Notes: generated by a model from the letters alone, not told the origin. Shown: positions 48,161 to 57,328, counted from the first letter of the stretch. The stretch: DNA of 64,000 nt from a virus (IMGVR_UViG_3300024263_000001:10353-74352), one strand, 5' to 3'. Numbers and translations are program-made.

Positions 48161-49558
48161 ATGAGCACGGCCCTCTATAATCCCAACAGCGATATTCAGA
48201 CTGAGTGGGATACTACTGGCGTTGACCATTATACTGAAATAGATGAGGGCACTACACCTGTTCTTGCTGACCATGTGCAGACCAAGGGCGGGGGGGATAT
48301 TGATGAGTGGGGATTCGCCACCCCTGGCGAGTCTGGTATCAATTTTATTAGAGCTCACATATACGCTGAGACTGGTAGTAATGCTACCTTCCTTATCAGT
48401 CTCCAGCAAGGCGGGGTCGAGCGGGCGAGTTTCCAGGTTCCTGTTGGTCAAAGTCAACAGTGGTTCTCCTGTCAATGGGATAATCCATCAGGAGATCTGA
48501 GTGCCCTGACCATTGAGGTTACGCACACCAAATCTGGTGGCGGCGGCCCGACTTATAGTACGGTTTATACTGCTTATTTGGAAGTAGATTATACTGAAAT
48601 TCAAGAGTTTCCTTATTCTGGTAATATTCCCCTGACTAGTACCCCAAGTTATTTGTCCTCTGTGATTATGACTTACGCTGGAATCGCTCCTCTGATGACT
48701 ACACCGAGTTATGATTCTCTTCTTGATAGGACCTATGATGGAGCCCTTCCCGTGGGGTGTGTGCCAAGTTACCTTTCAGCCTTGGAGAAGGGGTATAGTG
48801 GGATTGTTTCATTGGCGGTATTGCCAAGCTACCTCTCCGCTCTCGAAAAAGGATATAACGGTGTAATTTCCCCAAATTTGTTACCGAGTTACTTGTCTAT
48901 TCTTGATGGGGCATATGATGGGACGATTCCTGTGGCAATCTCTCCAGGTTATGATTCAAAGGTAGAGGTGATTTATGCTGGGGCAGTTGCAGTGGGAATA
49001 TTGCCCAGTTATAGTTCCATTGTAGAGATGTTATATGGGGGTCAGGTTCCTGTTCTTGTGGTTCCGAGCGCGAGTTATTCGCTGGAATCTGTGCAGGAAT
49101 TTGTTTATTCGGGACAGGTTGATATAGGATTATTGTCTAGTTACCTATCGACATTGGAGAAAGGCTATCAGGGGCAGATTTCTCTGATTCTTTTATCGGG
49201 TTATGATTCTATTGTAGATAGGATTTATTTGGGGGAGATTCCTCTAGTTGTTGTACCGAGTCGTTTGTCCGCGCTGGAAATGGAGTATGATGGTTCTGCG
49301 GCGCTGGTAATTGTACCTGAGAGTATCTATTCTTTGGAGGAGAGTGGGACTGAGTTTGTTTATTCTGGTAGTGTTTTTGTTTTTGTGTTGCCCAGATACG
49401 TTTTGGTCGCCGAGGGGGAAGTGAGAATGGATTCCCGTTATCCGCATTGTCTTCGTTGTGGTGGTCCTTTGGGGGTTCATGCTGGGATTAGGGGACCAAA
49501 TGTGCAGTATCACAATTATGAGTGTCGTTTGGGTTTAGAACATCCCGACTATGATTAG
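48161..49558 (+). CDS. Fibre-like virion protein with about 13 tandem 20-aa repeats and a C-terminal zinc finger
   Basis: YxGxxxxxxxPSYxSxxExx repeats over 48614-49399; CLRC...HNYEC tail. Confidence 0.65.
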   Translation: MSTALYNPNSDIQTEWDTTGVDHYTEIDEGTTPVLADHVQTKGGGDIDEWGFATPGESGINFIRAHIYAETGSNATFLISLQQGGVERASFQVPVGQSQQWFSCQWDNPSGDLSALTIEVTHTKSGGGGPTYSTVYTAYLEVDYTEIQEFPYSGNIPLTSTPSYLSSVIMTYAGIAPLMTTPSYDSLLDRTYDGALPVGCVPSYLSALEKGYSGIVSLAVLPSYLSALEKGYNGVISPNLLPSYLSILDGAYDGTIPVAISPGYDSKVEVIYAGAVAVGILPSYSSIVEMLYGGQVPVLVVPSASYSLESVQEFVYSGQVDIGLLSSYLSTLEKGYQGQISLILLSGYDSIVDRIYLGEIPLVVVPSRLSALEMEYDGSAALVIVPESIYSLEESGTEFVYSGSVFVFVLPRYVLVAEGEVRMDSRYPHCLRCGGPLGVHAGIRGPNVQYHNYECRLGLEHPDYD

Positions 49559-49563
49559 GCGAT

Positions 49564-49806
49564 GTGAGAATGGCTGATGTACCAGTTAGAGACTATCATT
49601 TCAGGCCCCGACAAAGACCAGTAAAGAGTCCCAGAACTGGTCGTAGATATAAATGGGAACATAAGGGATCACCATTTGCTATATGTATGGTAGCAGAGGG
49701 GGATTTGCAGTTTATTGAAGCTGTTAAGAAGGGCTGTTGTGGAAGTCGCGGGCGTTACTACAAACGAGCGACACAGGAGGAATACAACGCATGGTTGGGG
49801 AAATGA
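49564..49806 (+). CDS. Small basic hypothetical protein
   Basis: SPRTGRRYKW...KKGCCG. Confidence 0.5.
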   Translation: MRMADVPVRDYHFRPRQRPVKSPRTGRRYKWEHKGSPFAICMVAEGDLQFIEAVKKGCCGSRGRYYKRATQEEYNAWLGK

Positions 49807-50126
49807 ATGTTGAGGATTTTATACCTATTGATGATAGGGTGCTTGTGAGACCACATGAGATTGAGGAAAAGACTGAGAGTGGGGTTTATCTTCCCCCCGC
49901 CGCTCTTGCTGAGAAAAGAGAGATAGTACAGTCGGGCGAGATAGTTGCTATTGGTCCTGGCCGTCTAAACGCGGAGGGGAAGCGTGAAGCTATGATGGAT
50001 TTACGACCTGGGGACACGACGTTTTTCGCTCGCTTCCAGGGTTGGTTATTTGTGGTTGATGATGTAGAATACCGAGTGTTTGGGCAGCACGATCTGTTTG
50101 GTTATAGGAAGAGAGAAGGTGAGTAG
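49803..50126 (+). CDS. groES: Co-chaperonin GroES
   Basis: PIDDRVLVR...EEKTESGVYLP...GEIVAIGPG...GD; start at 49803. Confidence 0.93.
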   Translation: MNVEDFIPIDDRVLVRPHEIEEKTESGVYLPPAALAEKREIVQSGEIVAIGPGRLNAEGKREAMMDLRPGDTTFFARFQGWLFVVDDVEYRVFGQHDLFGYRKREGE

Positions 50127-50586
50127 ATGTGCCCGCTGTGGGACTCCTCTAGGGGTTCGTGTGGGCATTATGGTGGGAGGCGAGTTATTTTGCAATTATG
50201 AGTGTGCCCAAGATTTAGAGGGGGAAAGGGAACGGGCTCCCCTCCCAGTAATGGAGAGGAAAATGAATCCAGATGATCGGTATCCTCGGTGTGTTCAGTG
50301 TGATAAACCTTTAGGAGTTCACGCAGGCATTAAAAGGGAAGGTGTAAGGGTATGTAATCGAGATTGTGAATATCTTTACTTCGGCCCCCCCGATCCTTAT
50401 ACGGAAACAATGATAATGGATTTTAGTTTTCGTACTGCGCTGGAGGATTTGAAGAAACAAAACCCTGAAGTTGATGAGGCGGGTATTTTGGCCTTGTATT
50501 ATCTAGGTTGGGTGAAAGTTCCTAGTCGGGGGGCGGGGGATTACGATATTTACGAGAAAGTGAGAGGATGGTGTGAGGTAGAATAG
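50119..50586 (+). CDS. Protein with two tandem CxxC-PLGV-CNxxC zinc fingers
   Basis: CARCGTPLGVRVGI...CNYEC and CVQCDKPLGVHAGI...CNRDC. Confidence 0.6.
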   Translation: MSRCARCGTPLGVRVGIMVGGELFCNYECAQDLEGERERAPLPVMERKMNPDDRYPRCVQCDKPLGVHAGIKREGVRVCNRDCEYLYFGPPDPYTETMIMDFSFRTALEDLKKQNPEVDEAGILALYYLGWVKVPSRGAGDYDIYEKVRGWCEVE

Positions 50587-50638
50587 AACCTTAAAATTTC
50601 CAGTTTTGTCTTGTAATTGACTAAAACCATGATATAAT
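50587..50638 (+). promoter_or_regulatory. Sigma70-type promoter with AACCTTAAAATT box (copy 5), driving the glycan operon
   Basis: AACCTTAAAATT-N12-TTGTAA-N16-TATAAT. Confidence 0.75.
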
Positions 50639-50644
50639 GAAGGT

Positions 50645-50802
50645 ACTCCCCAGCATTCCTCTAGCGTGGTAGGGACGCCGACCCGTATGGGAGCGTTAGG
50701 GCGATGCTGGCGCGGGGCTGCTGACGAGCAGCCCTGGCTAATCCTCCCCGCCCCCCGCTGATGAGTAGACTGGCGGGTGGCTTGATAATCAATAGGGATT
50801 AT
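50645..50802 (+). ncRNA. GC-rich structured leader or small RNA
   Basis: CCAGCAT/ATGCTGG, GGGCTGCT-GACG-AGCAGCCC and TAATCCT/GGGATTA pairings in a non-coding gap after the promoter. Confidence 0.45.
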
Positions 50803-50834
50803 GTGGAAATCTAAATAAAGGTATCCTTTTCTTT

Positions 50835-51818
50835 ATGGGAACTCGGTTCAGTGTGATTGTGCCCACTACTGGTGGGCGTATGAAAAATTTAGATCTGGTT
50901 CTTTGTTCTCTGGCCAACCAATATTTTCCTAAAGATGATTATGAAATAATTGTGGTAAACGATGGTGGCGAGCCGGAGGTAAAGGATCTGGTTGCCTCCT
51001 ATAAGGGGGAGTTTGGGAAAATTGTTTATATTGTATCTCCCAAATTTGAGTCCATTCCCCTTTCTCAGGTTGCTCCAACAGATGTAGAGGCTACTATAAC
51101 TATTTGGGGGGAAGGGGGAGATCTTATCAAACTTGTTCCCAACGAACAACCCCGCAACAAGGGGGCAAGGCAGGCGGAACATGGTTTTTATATTTTCGCT
51201 GATTCTGATGTGGTTCTTTCTCCTATGACTCTCGCGCTCTATAACCAGGATATTTCTAACAATCCTGATCGGATCATCTTAGGGATTTATCATTGGTTAC
51301 ATCCTATGGAGATAACTAAAAGAGATATAATTGAACGATTTGATGATATAGTCCATCATCGTCTTATGAAGGTTCCTCTCAACCGCCCGCAAACTCATAA
51401 TATTTGCCGTGATATGCGGTTGAAAAATTTTGAAGCAACGACCCCAGATGAGGTTCACCGTGCCCCTAATCACATGAATGATGGTCTTGCTTGTTTTAGT
51501 GGGAATATATGTTGGCCCAAGAATCTGTTTTGGGATATAGGTGGTTATAATCCTTATCTTCATGCAGGAGCCCACGAGGATGGGATGAGTGGGTTGACGG
51601 CTTACTTCGCAGGGTTTGGAATCTCCTACGACAAGCGGATCATTGGTGGGCATATATACCATGACAGAGACATTTCGTATGTTGAATCTTTCAAGTGGGC
51701 CGAGATAGAGATTATAAATGATAAGTTTAAGGATGAACCAGAATTCAAAGGTGTACTTGAGCAGACGGAGGAAGAGAAGAAACAATTAGGCGTGGGGGAT
51801 TGGAAGAAAGAATGGTGA
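50835..51818 (+). CDS. GT2 glycosyltransferase
   Basis: SVIVPT, EIIVVNDG, RNKGA, FADSD, GGY...HED. Confidence 0.9.
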   Translation: MGTRFSVIVPTTGGRMKNLDLVLCSLANQYFPKDDYEIIVVNDGGEPEVKDLVASYKGEFGKIVYIVSPKFESIPLSQVAPTDVEATITIWGEGGDLIKLVPNEQPRNKGARQAEHGFYIFADSDVVLSPMTLALYNQDISNNPDRIILGIYHWLHPMEITKRDIIERFDDIVHHRLMKVPLNRPQTHNICRDMRLKNFEATTPDEVHRAPNHMNDGLACFSGNICWPKNLFWDIGGYNPYLHAGAHEDGMSGLTAYFAGFGISYDKRIIGGHIYHDRDISYVESFKWAEIEIINDKFKDEPEFKGVLEQTEEEKKQLGVGDWKKEW

Positions 51819-52117
51819 TTAAGTTATTCATCATTCTGACTATGGTTGTCACAGGGTATTGTGATGCTACTGGAGCCTCGCCATTTGAGGGAATGACTGC
51901 TTCGGGGGTTTATACAAATAGATTCACAACGGCTTGCCCTCCCGAAATGGAATTTGGTACAGTAATTATAATGGACGGAAAGATATTTATCTGCGAGGAT
52001 AGGGGCGGTGCGATTAAAGGGAATAGGCTTGACATTTGGTTCCCGACTTGTGATGATGCAATTTTGTGGGGGCGACAAGAAAAAGAGGTTTTAATATTGG
52101 GGGCGAGGGGGAAATGA
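51812..52117 (+). CDS. 3D-domain peptidoglycan-related protein
   Basis: Signal-like N-terminus, TASG, FGT, CEDRGGAIKGNRLDIW. Confidence 0.85.
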   Translation: MVIKLFIILTMVVTGYCDATGASPFEGMTASGVYTNRFTTACPPEMEFGTVIIMDGKIFICEDRGGAIKGNRLDIWFPTCDDAILWGRQEKEVLILGARGK

Positions 52118-52253
52118 TAATGATGGAATTTCGGATATGTCCAGATTGTGGTGGGTATGAAATGGTACCAATATCAGAGGAAATTGATTTCTATGGCACT
52201 AGTGATGCCAGTCAACGTCCTTGTGCTTGCAAGCTGAAAGAGGAAGAGGAGGA

Positions 52254-52811
52254 ATGGGTACAATTACCGTTATGGAACCAATCAGAATTAGACCAGACAT
52301 AAAAGGGATTCAATGTGTCCAAGAGGGTGCAATGGAATTGGGGGCATGGTGGGAGGAGCCCAATGTTAATCGCCTTTGGTTTAGAATTCCTTGGGAAGAT
52401 AAAAGTGTTATGGCTACTTCCACTCATCTCCTTATCTTGGAAAACATTCCTGATGAGATAGAAAGTGTGATGAGTGTGGGAGATGGTGGTCTATGGTGCT
52501 GGCTGGTCGCCGCCGCCCATAAAACAGCGATTGATGAGGGTGACATCCCAGAGTATGTAGCAGATACTCGAATTGTGTCCCCCGCTAATAAATTCAGAGA
52601 AAGAGTTAAAAGAGGATTTATTGAAATCCCTGATAGTGATGTAGTTATAGTATCTAATCTTGGAAGTTGGCACTATGGATGGTTCGAGCGCCATGCAAAA
52701 AAGAGAATAATTGTATATTCTCTGGGGAGTTTGATGTTTCTGAAAGCGAGGGGTTATGAAGTGAAGGGATTGGAAACGAAATTTGGACCAGAGTTCGTGG
52801 CTTGGAGGTGA
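52254..52811 (+). CDS. Hypothetical protein
   Basis: GAGGAGG RBS before MGTIT; operonic. Confidence 0.5.
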   Translation: MGTITVMEPIRIRPDIKGIQCVQEGAMELGAWWEEPNVNRLWFRIPWEDKSVMATSTHLLILENIPDEIESVMSVGDGGLWCWLVAAAHKTAIDEGDIPEYVADTRIVSPANKFRERVKRGFIEIPDSDVVIVSNLGSWHYGWFERHAKKRIIVYSLGSLMFLKARGYEVKGLETKFGPEFVAWR

Positions 52812-52817
52812 GGGATA

Positions 52818-53114
52818 ATGAGTAAGATTGAAGAGCTGGAGGAGCAAATAGAAGATTTACAGCGGGCTATAAAAGCGATTACGAAGATGGAGCCTGGTGG
52901 ATTTCCTGGAGATTATGCCGAGGTGCTCAACTTTCATTATAGGGGGCATGTTCAGGTTGGGGAAAGGTTGGTACGCCACGACCAGAAGTTAGATTATATC
53001 TCACAGACGTTGAAAAGATTGGGGCGAGAAGTGAAACAGATACGGTTGGCTATAATGCGGCTTGGGTCCGATGAAGCTATTCATAACCTGATTGGAAGGG
53101 GAAATAATGGGTGA
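52818..53114 (+). CDS. Coiled-coil hypothetical protein
   Basis: GGAGG RBS; heptad pattern. Confidence 0.5.
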   Translation: MSKIEELEEQIEDLQRAIKAITKMEPGGFPGDYAEVLNFHYRGHVQVGERLVRHDQKLDYISQTLKRLGREVKQIRLAIMRLGSDEAIHNLIGRGNNG

Positions 53115-53241
53115 ATATCTGGTTGATAAGGTTGATCTCTCTTGGGTTTGGAAAACTGTTGCAGCAATGGCTATAGTTATGTCATCTACGTTTATGGGTG
53201 GATTTTTACTGGGTTGGTTTCTTTGCGGGCGGTGGGGATGA
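53107..53241 (+). CDS. 44-aa single-TM peptide
   Basis: MGEYLVDKVDLSWVWKTVAAMAIVMSSTFMGGFLLGWFLCGRWG; stop overlaps the next ATG. Confidence 0.45.
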   Translation: MGEYLVDKVDLSWVWKTVAAMAIVMSSTFMGGFLLGWFLCGRWG

Positions 53242-54143
53242 GTAAGGTAGCTGTAGTGACAATGGCAAGAACGGGTTCTACAAGATTACCTAACAAGGTT
53301 ATCTTTGATCTTGGTGGCAAACCAGCGTTTATACAGGCTATCGAGAGAGTCACTAGTGTCGTAAAAGCGGATTATGTGGTTGTGGCTTGCTCGATTTATG
53401 CGCGGGATGATCCGATTGAACTCTTCGCGAAACAGTACGGGATAGATTGTTTTCGTGGCCCAGAGGAGGATACAGGTGGCCGATTGAGGATGTGTGGAGA
53501 ATGGTTAGGTCTAAAAGATGATGATTGGCTTGTAAGCTCTAGTTCTGACCAACCTTTGAGCATAACAAAGTGGTTGCCTTGGGGAATAGAGCAACTTCAA
53601 AAACGTGATTGTGCTTACTTAAGGTTTGTTGCGCCCCCCAATAATACCTTGCCTTGGGCTGTGCACGGAAGTGGCCTTACCTCTTGGCGGCTATCGTGGT
53701 GCAATTATAAAACATTTGGTTCCGAGAAAGGCATACATCATGCAACAACGAGAGCTGCGATGTATGTTGATGATTTTAGGCAATCAGGTGGCAAAGTGCT
53801 TATTGTGAATTGGCCTCCAGGGTATCTCAAACCTTGGCCTTGGGGTCCTTTGTTTCTTGACCATGAAGTACAGGCACTTGTATTAAAAGAGATTTACAGA
53901 CGTCTCTACAAGGGAACGCCGATTGATCCTTTTGATGTATATGAATTATTTAATAATGACCCGCATCTTGCTGAGTTTATTTCTGTTGACGCGCCAGAAA
54001 CTATAAATCCTACACCTACCCCAGTGGGAGATCCCTATCTGAGAAGTGTGAGATTGAATGCAGACTATGTTGAAGTGACTTGGAAAGGAGGGGTTGATGT
54101 AACATCGAAGTACGCAAGAAAAGACTATGCAAAACAAAACTAA
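53238..54143 (+). CDS. SpsF/KdsB-family cytidylyltransferase (CMP-sugar synthetase-like)
   Basis: ARTGSTRLPNKV...GGKP...DD.I...CFRGPEED..R; start at 53238. Confidence 0.85.
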   Translation: MSKVAVVTMARTGSTRLPNKVIFDLGGKPAFIQAIERVTSVVKADYVVVACSIYARDDPIELFAKQYGIDCFRGPEEDTGGRLRMCGEWLGLKDDDWLVSSSSDQPLSITKWLPWGIEQLQKRDCAYLRFVAPPNNTLPWAVHGSGLTSWRLSWCNYKTFGSEKGIHHATTRAAMYVDDFRQSGGKVLIVNWPPGYLKPWPWGPLFLDHEVQALVLKEIYRRLYKGTPIDPFDVYELFNNDPHLAEFISVDAPETINPTPTPVGDPYLRSVRLNADYVEVTWKGGVDVTSKYARKDYAKQN

Positions 54144-54155
54144 TAGGAGGTATGA

Positions 54156-55622
54156 GTGTTAAAACGAATAATTAGTATAATACTGCTAGCAACAGTATTA
54201 CTAGTGGCCTGTGCGCCAGCCGCCCCATCTCCTGAAGTAATCGTGGAGACGGTGATAGAAACCGTGGTGGTTGAAGTAACACCAGTCCCCGTTGACGAGG
54301 GTCCTGAACCTGTAGAACTCCTCTGGTGGACTGAGGACTGTGCCTACGTGCCGTGGGAAGCCTGTGAGGGCTGGAACGATACCTATTGTGGTGATGGCCG
54401 TATAACGGAGTCAGGAGATATAGGCCCAATATATGTCGAGGAATGGCACAAACTCTACCCCGAATACGCTCACGTCAATGTCAAGTGTATTATCGCTGGG
54501 TTCGGGGGTGGGCGCATAGGTACTGAATTGACGGCCATGATACGGGCAGGTGAAGGCCCCAACATCTATATGCTCTACGGGGGAAGGGGTTGGCTTGCCT
54601 ACAAGTTGGGCGTTAACCTTGATCCATACATATCGGACGAGGCCAAGGCTGATTACCTCAACTACGAACAGTGGTTCGATGAGGACGGTACAGTTGTTAT
54701 GCTTCCTAGTTCGGGTGTCATCGAGTATCCCGTAGCTAATAAGCAACTCATCGAACGTGCCTGTGCCCAAGAGGGATTTGATTGTGAGATCCCTGAGCGT
54801 TGGAGCATCATGTCCTATGATGACTACCTGGAAATCGCAGAGGCTATCAAGGCTCTCGATGACGGCTCCTACATGGGGATACTCTTCGGTATGCACGCAT
54901 CAGGCCAGACTTGGAACATGCTTTACTTCACCCAGGCAGGTCTCTCCCCGACCGAGGGTGGTAAGTTTACTGGATTCGCAGGTGGCGAAGATGTTCTAAC
55001 TGAACTCCTCCGCCTATACGATGAAGGTTACTTCTATCCTGATATAGCAGGCGCTTCTGATGACGATGCCATCAGGCTCTTCGCCCCTGGCAAGATTGGC
55101 ATCTTCATGGCTCGTCTATCAATTGGTCCTTCGTACATCGGCCCTGCTGTAGAAGCTGGGGAGTGTGAACCTTGGGATTTAATCCCGCTTCTGGGTATTC
55201 AGTTCAGAGAAGGCGTTACTCCTCTCATTGCAGGAAGCCAGTATGGTCGGGTCGGCTTCATGTCCGAGAACACGCCCGAAGAACATCGGGAAGCCGCCAT
55301 GAGCTTCCTGTCTTACGTTCTTTCTGCCCCCTGGATGGGAGAGTCACCAGGCGTAAATGCTATGAGTGGTGGGGACATGTTTATCCCTCTCCATTCAATG
55401 GTGGAACGCGGGATAGCAGCACCTGGTCGGGATGAAGCTTACGCCCATATTCAGGAATATGGCCTCGCCGACTATGGTTTGCAAATACCGTTCTACAACG
55501 ACGTTCGTGCAGCGTTCGGCGATATGCTCTCTGCTGTCGCTTTACATGAACTAACACCTGAAGAAGCTCTAGCACAATTCCAGGCCAAGATCGTAGAACT
55601 GGAAGAGGAGTGGAACAGGTAG
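54156..55622 (+). CDS. Carbohydrate ABC transporter substrate-binding lipoprotein
   Basis: Lipobox LLVAC, VETV.ETVVVEVT linker, AGEGPNI, NK.LIE, FAPGKIGI, TPEEAL. Confidence 0.9.
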   Translation: MLKRIISIILLATVLLVACAPAAPSPEVIVETVIETVVVEVTPVPVDEGPEPVELLWWTEDCAYVPWEACEGWNDTYCGDGRITESGDIGPIYVEEWHKLYPEYAHVNVKCIIAGFGGGRIGTELTAMIRAGEGPNIYMLYGGRGWLAYKLGVNLDPYISDEAKADYLNYEQWFDEDGTVVMLPSSGVIEYPVANKQLIERACAQEGFDCEIPERWSIMSYDDYLEIAEAIKALDDGSYMGILFGMHASGQTWNMLYFTQAGLSPTEGGKFTGFAGGEDVLTELLRLYDEGYFYPDIAGASDDDAIRLFAPGKIGIFMARLSIGPSYIGPAVEAGECEPWDLIPLLGIQFREGVTPLIAGSQYGRVGFMSENTPEEHREAAMSFLSYVLSAPWMGESPGVNAMSGGDMFIPLHSMVERGIAAPGRDEAYAHIQEYGLADYGLQIPFYNDVRAAFGDMLSAVALHELTPEEALAQFQAKIVELEEEWNR

Positions 55623-55625
55623 CAA

Positions 55626-56486
55626 GTGAAGAAGCACAATTGGTGGGGGCCGGTTCTGCTGGCCCCTGCCTTGCTCTTACTAATGTTCATGTATATTCTG
55701 CCAACTCTCTATGCCGCCCGCCTGAGTTTCTACGATGTGGGCTTTGCGAAAGATACTTGGTTGGGACTGGAGAACTTTCGCCGTCTCCTGTCTAAGGGGG
55801 GATGGGTGACAAGCATGCAAGTATCAGGAAAATTCCTAGTTCTGGTCTTGTTTGTAAGTTTAATAATTGCATATATTTTGGCATTAGCTCTCAGAAAGTT
55901 TAGTGAGCGGTTCTGTAGGATGATTTTGACCTTATATTATATCCCAACTATTTTTGCGGGGGTAGTAACAGTAGCGGTCTGGAGATGGTTTTATAGATAC
56001 CCGAACGGTGGGCTAAACAATATTTTAGACTCTCTTCATTTGCCTACTATCTCGTGGCTGGGAACTCCAATAACTGCACCTTGGGCTCTTGGATTTTTAA
56101 TGATGGGAACCATGTTTGGGTTCTCCACCTTGTTGTATGTGGCTGCTATTGGTCAGATAGATTTAGAACTCTTGGGGGCTGCTAAGATAGATGGTGCCAA
56201 TGAGTTCCAATTGATATGGTATATCATCACACCTCTGACCCATCGAGTGAGACTCTATATAACCTTGATCAGCACTGTCGGTGCTTTAAGTATTTGGGAA
56301 CATCCATTCTTCTATACGGGTGGAGGCCCCATAGGAAGTACCACAACAGTGCTCCTAAAAGTCTATCAGGAGGCTTTCGCCAGGGACAATATTGGATTAG
56401 GAAGTGCCATGACTACAGTAACAACATCTATCATTTTAATTTTTGCAATCTTCGGAGTAAGATATTTTAGGGAATTTTTGGGATGA
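55626..56486 (+). CDS. Carbohydrate ABC permease (MalF/UgpA-like)
   Basis: GLENF, GGLN..L....ISWLG, EAA-loop variant GAAKIDGAN, TGGGP..STT. Confidence 0.93.
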   Translation: MKKHNWWGPVLLAPALLLLMFMYILPTLYAARLSFYDVGFAKDTWLGLENFRRLLSKGGWVTSMQVSGKFLVLVLFVSLIIAYILALALRKFSERFCRMILTLYYIPTIFAGVVTVAVWRWFYRYPNGGLNNILDSLHLPTISWLGTPITAPWALGFLMMGTMFGFSTLLYVAAIGQIDLELLGAAKIDGANEFQLIWYIITPLTHRVRLYITLISTVGALSIWEHPFFYTGGGPIGSTTTVLLKVYQEAFARDNIGLGSAMTTVTTSIILIFAIFGVRYFREFLG

Positions 56487-57328
56487 GGGGATTCACGAGA
56501 ACACAAAAACTATTAGCAATCTTACTGATCTTGTTTGGGGTGATTTGGCTTTTCCCAGCCTATTTCACTATACAAACCTCGTTTCTTAGCAAATTCACCA
56601 GCCCTACGAATTTATGGGGTCACGTACATCTCGAAAATTGGAAGGCGCTTCCTTGGCGTAAGTTGGGTAGCTGGGCATTTAATACTGTTATTGTCTGTGG
56701 GATAGCAGTTATTCTTTCCCCTATAGTTTGTATAAGTGCGGGTTATGCTTTTGTTAGATATAACTTTTGGGGAAAAGAAGCAATATTTTATTTATTTTTA
56801 CTGGCGATAACGGTGCCTGGTGTTGCTTTGTTTTTACCTAGATACTTGCTAATTGTCCGCTCTGGTCTAAGGGGCACTCATCTTGGTCTAGCCCTTCCTG
56901 GGATTATGGCCCCCGCCGCGGTTTTTCTTGCAAGGCAATATCTCTCGCAAATGGATATATCTATTGTTGAAGCTGCTAGACTGGACGGAGCATCAGAGAT
57001 AAGGATTCTCCGTAGTATTGTTTTTCCACTTTCAGTGCCTTTAATAGTATTGAATTTAATTGGAGGATTTACGGCGGTCTATGGGGATTTTTTCTGGCAG
57101 TTTTTAGTTGGCGGAGGTATTCAGACCTTGGCAGTAGGCATCGGCCTGTTTATACTTTCTACGGATTCCGGTGGTGCATTGGGAGGGTCAGTTAGCTCGG
57201 CTTTGGGGGGGACCACTCCCATTACAGTGGAATCCCTTAGGGCAGCGGTCTCGGTTTTGCAATCTCTGCCATTATTGATCTTATTCATCGTTGGGCAAAA
57301 ATATTTTGTGAAGGGTATTAAAATATGA
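56483..57328 (+). CDS. Carbohydrate ABC permease (MalG/UgpE-like)
   Basis: AGYAF..YNF.GK, EAARLDGAS, IVFPLS.P, QKYFVKG. Confidence 0.93.
   Translation: MRGFTRTQKLLAILLILFGVIWLFPAYFTIQTSFLSKFTSPTNLWGHVHLENWKALPWRKLGSWAFNTVIVCGIAVILSPIVCISAGYAFVRYNFWGKEAIFYLFLLAITVPGVALFLPRYLLIVRSGLRGTHLGLALPGIMAPAAVFLARQYLSQMDISIVEAARLDGASEIRILRSIVFPLSVPLIVLNLIGGFTAVYGDFFWQFLVGGGIQTLAVGIGLFILSTDSGGALGGSVSSALGGTTPITVESLRAAVSVLQSLPLLILFIVGQKYFVKGIKI

Noticed and set aside
50650-50710. tRNA (D-arm-like CTCT-AGCGTGGT-AGGG)
   Set aside because: No TTCG/TTCA T-arm and no proper anticodon arm.
50755-50812. Hammerhead ribozyme (CTGATGAG core)
   Set aside because: Could not place GAAA and the NUH cleavage triplet with the required three stems.
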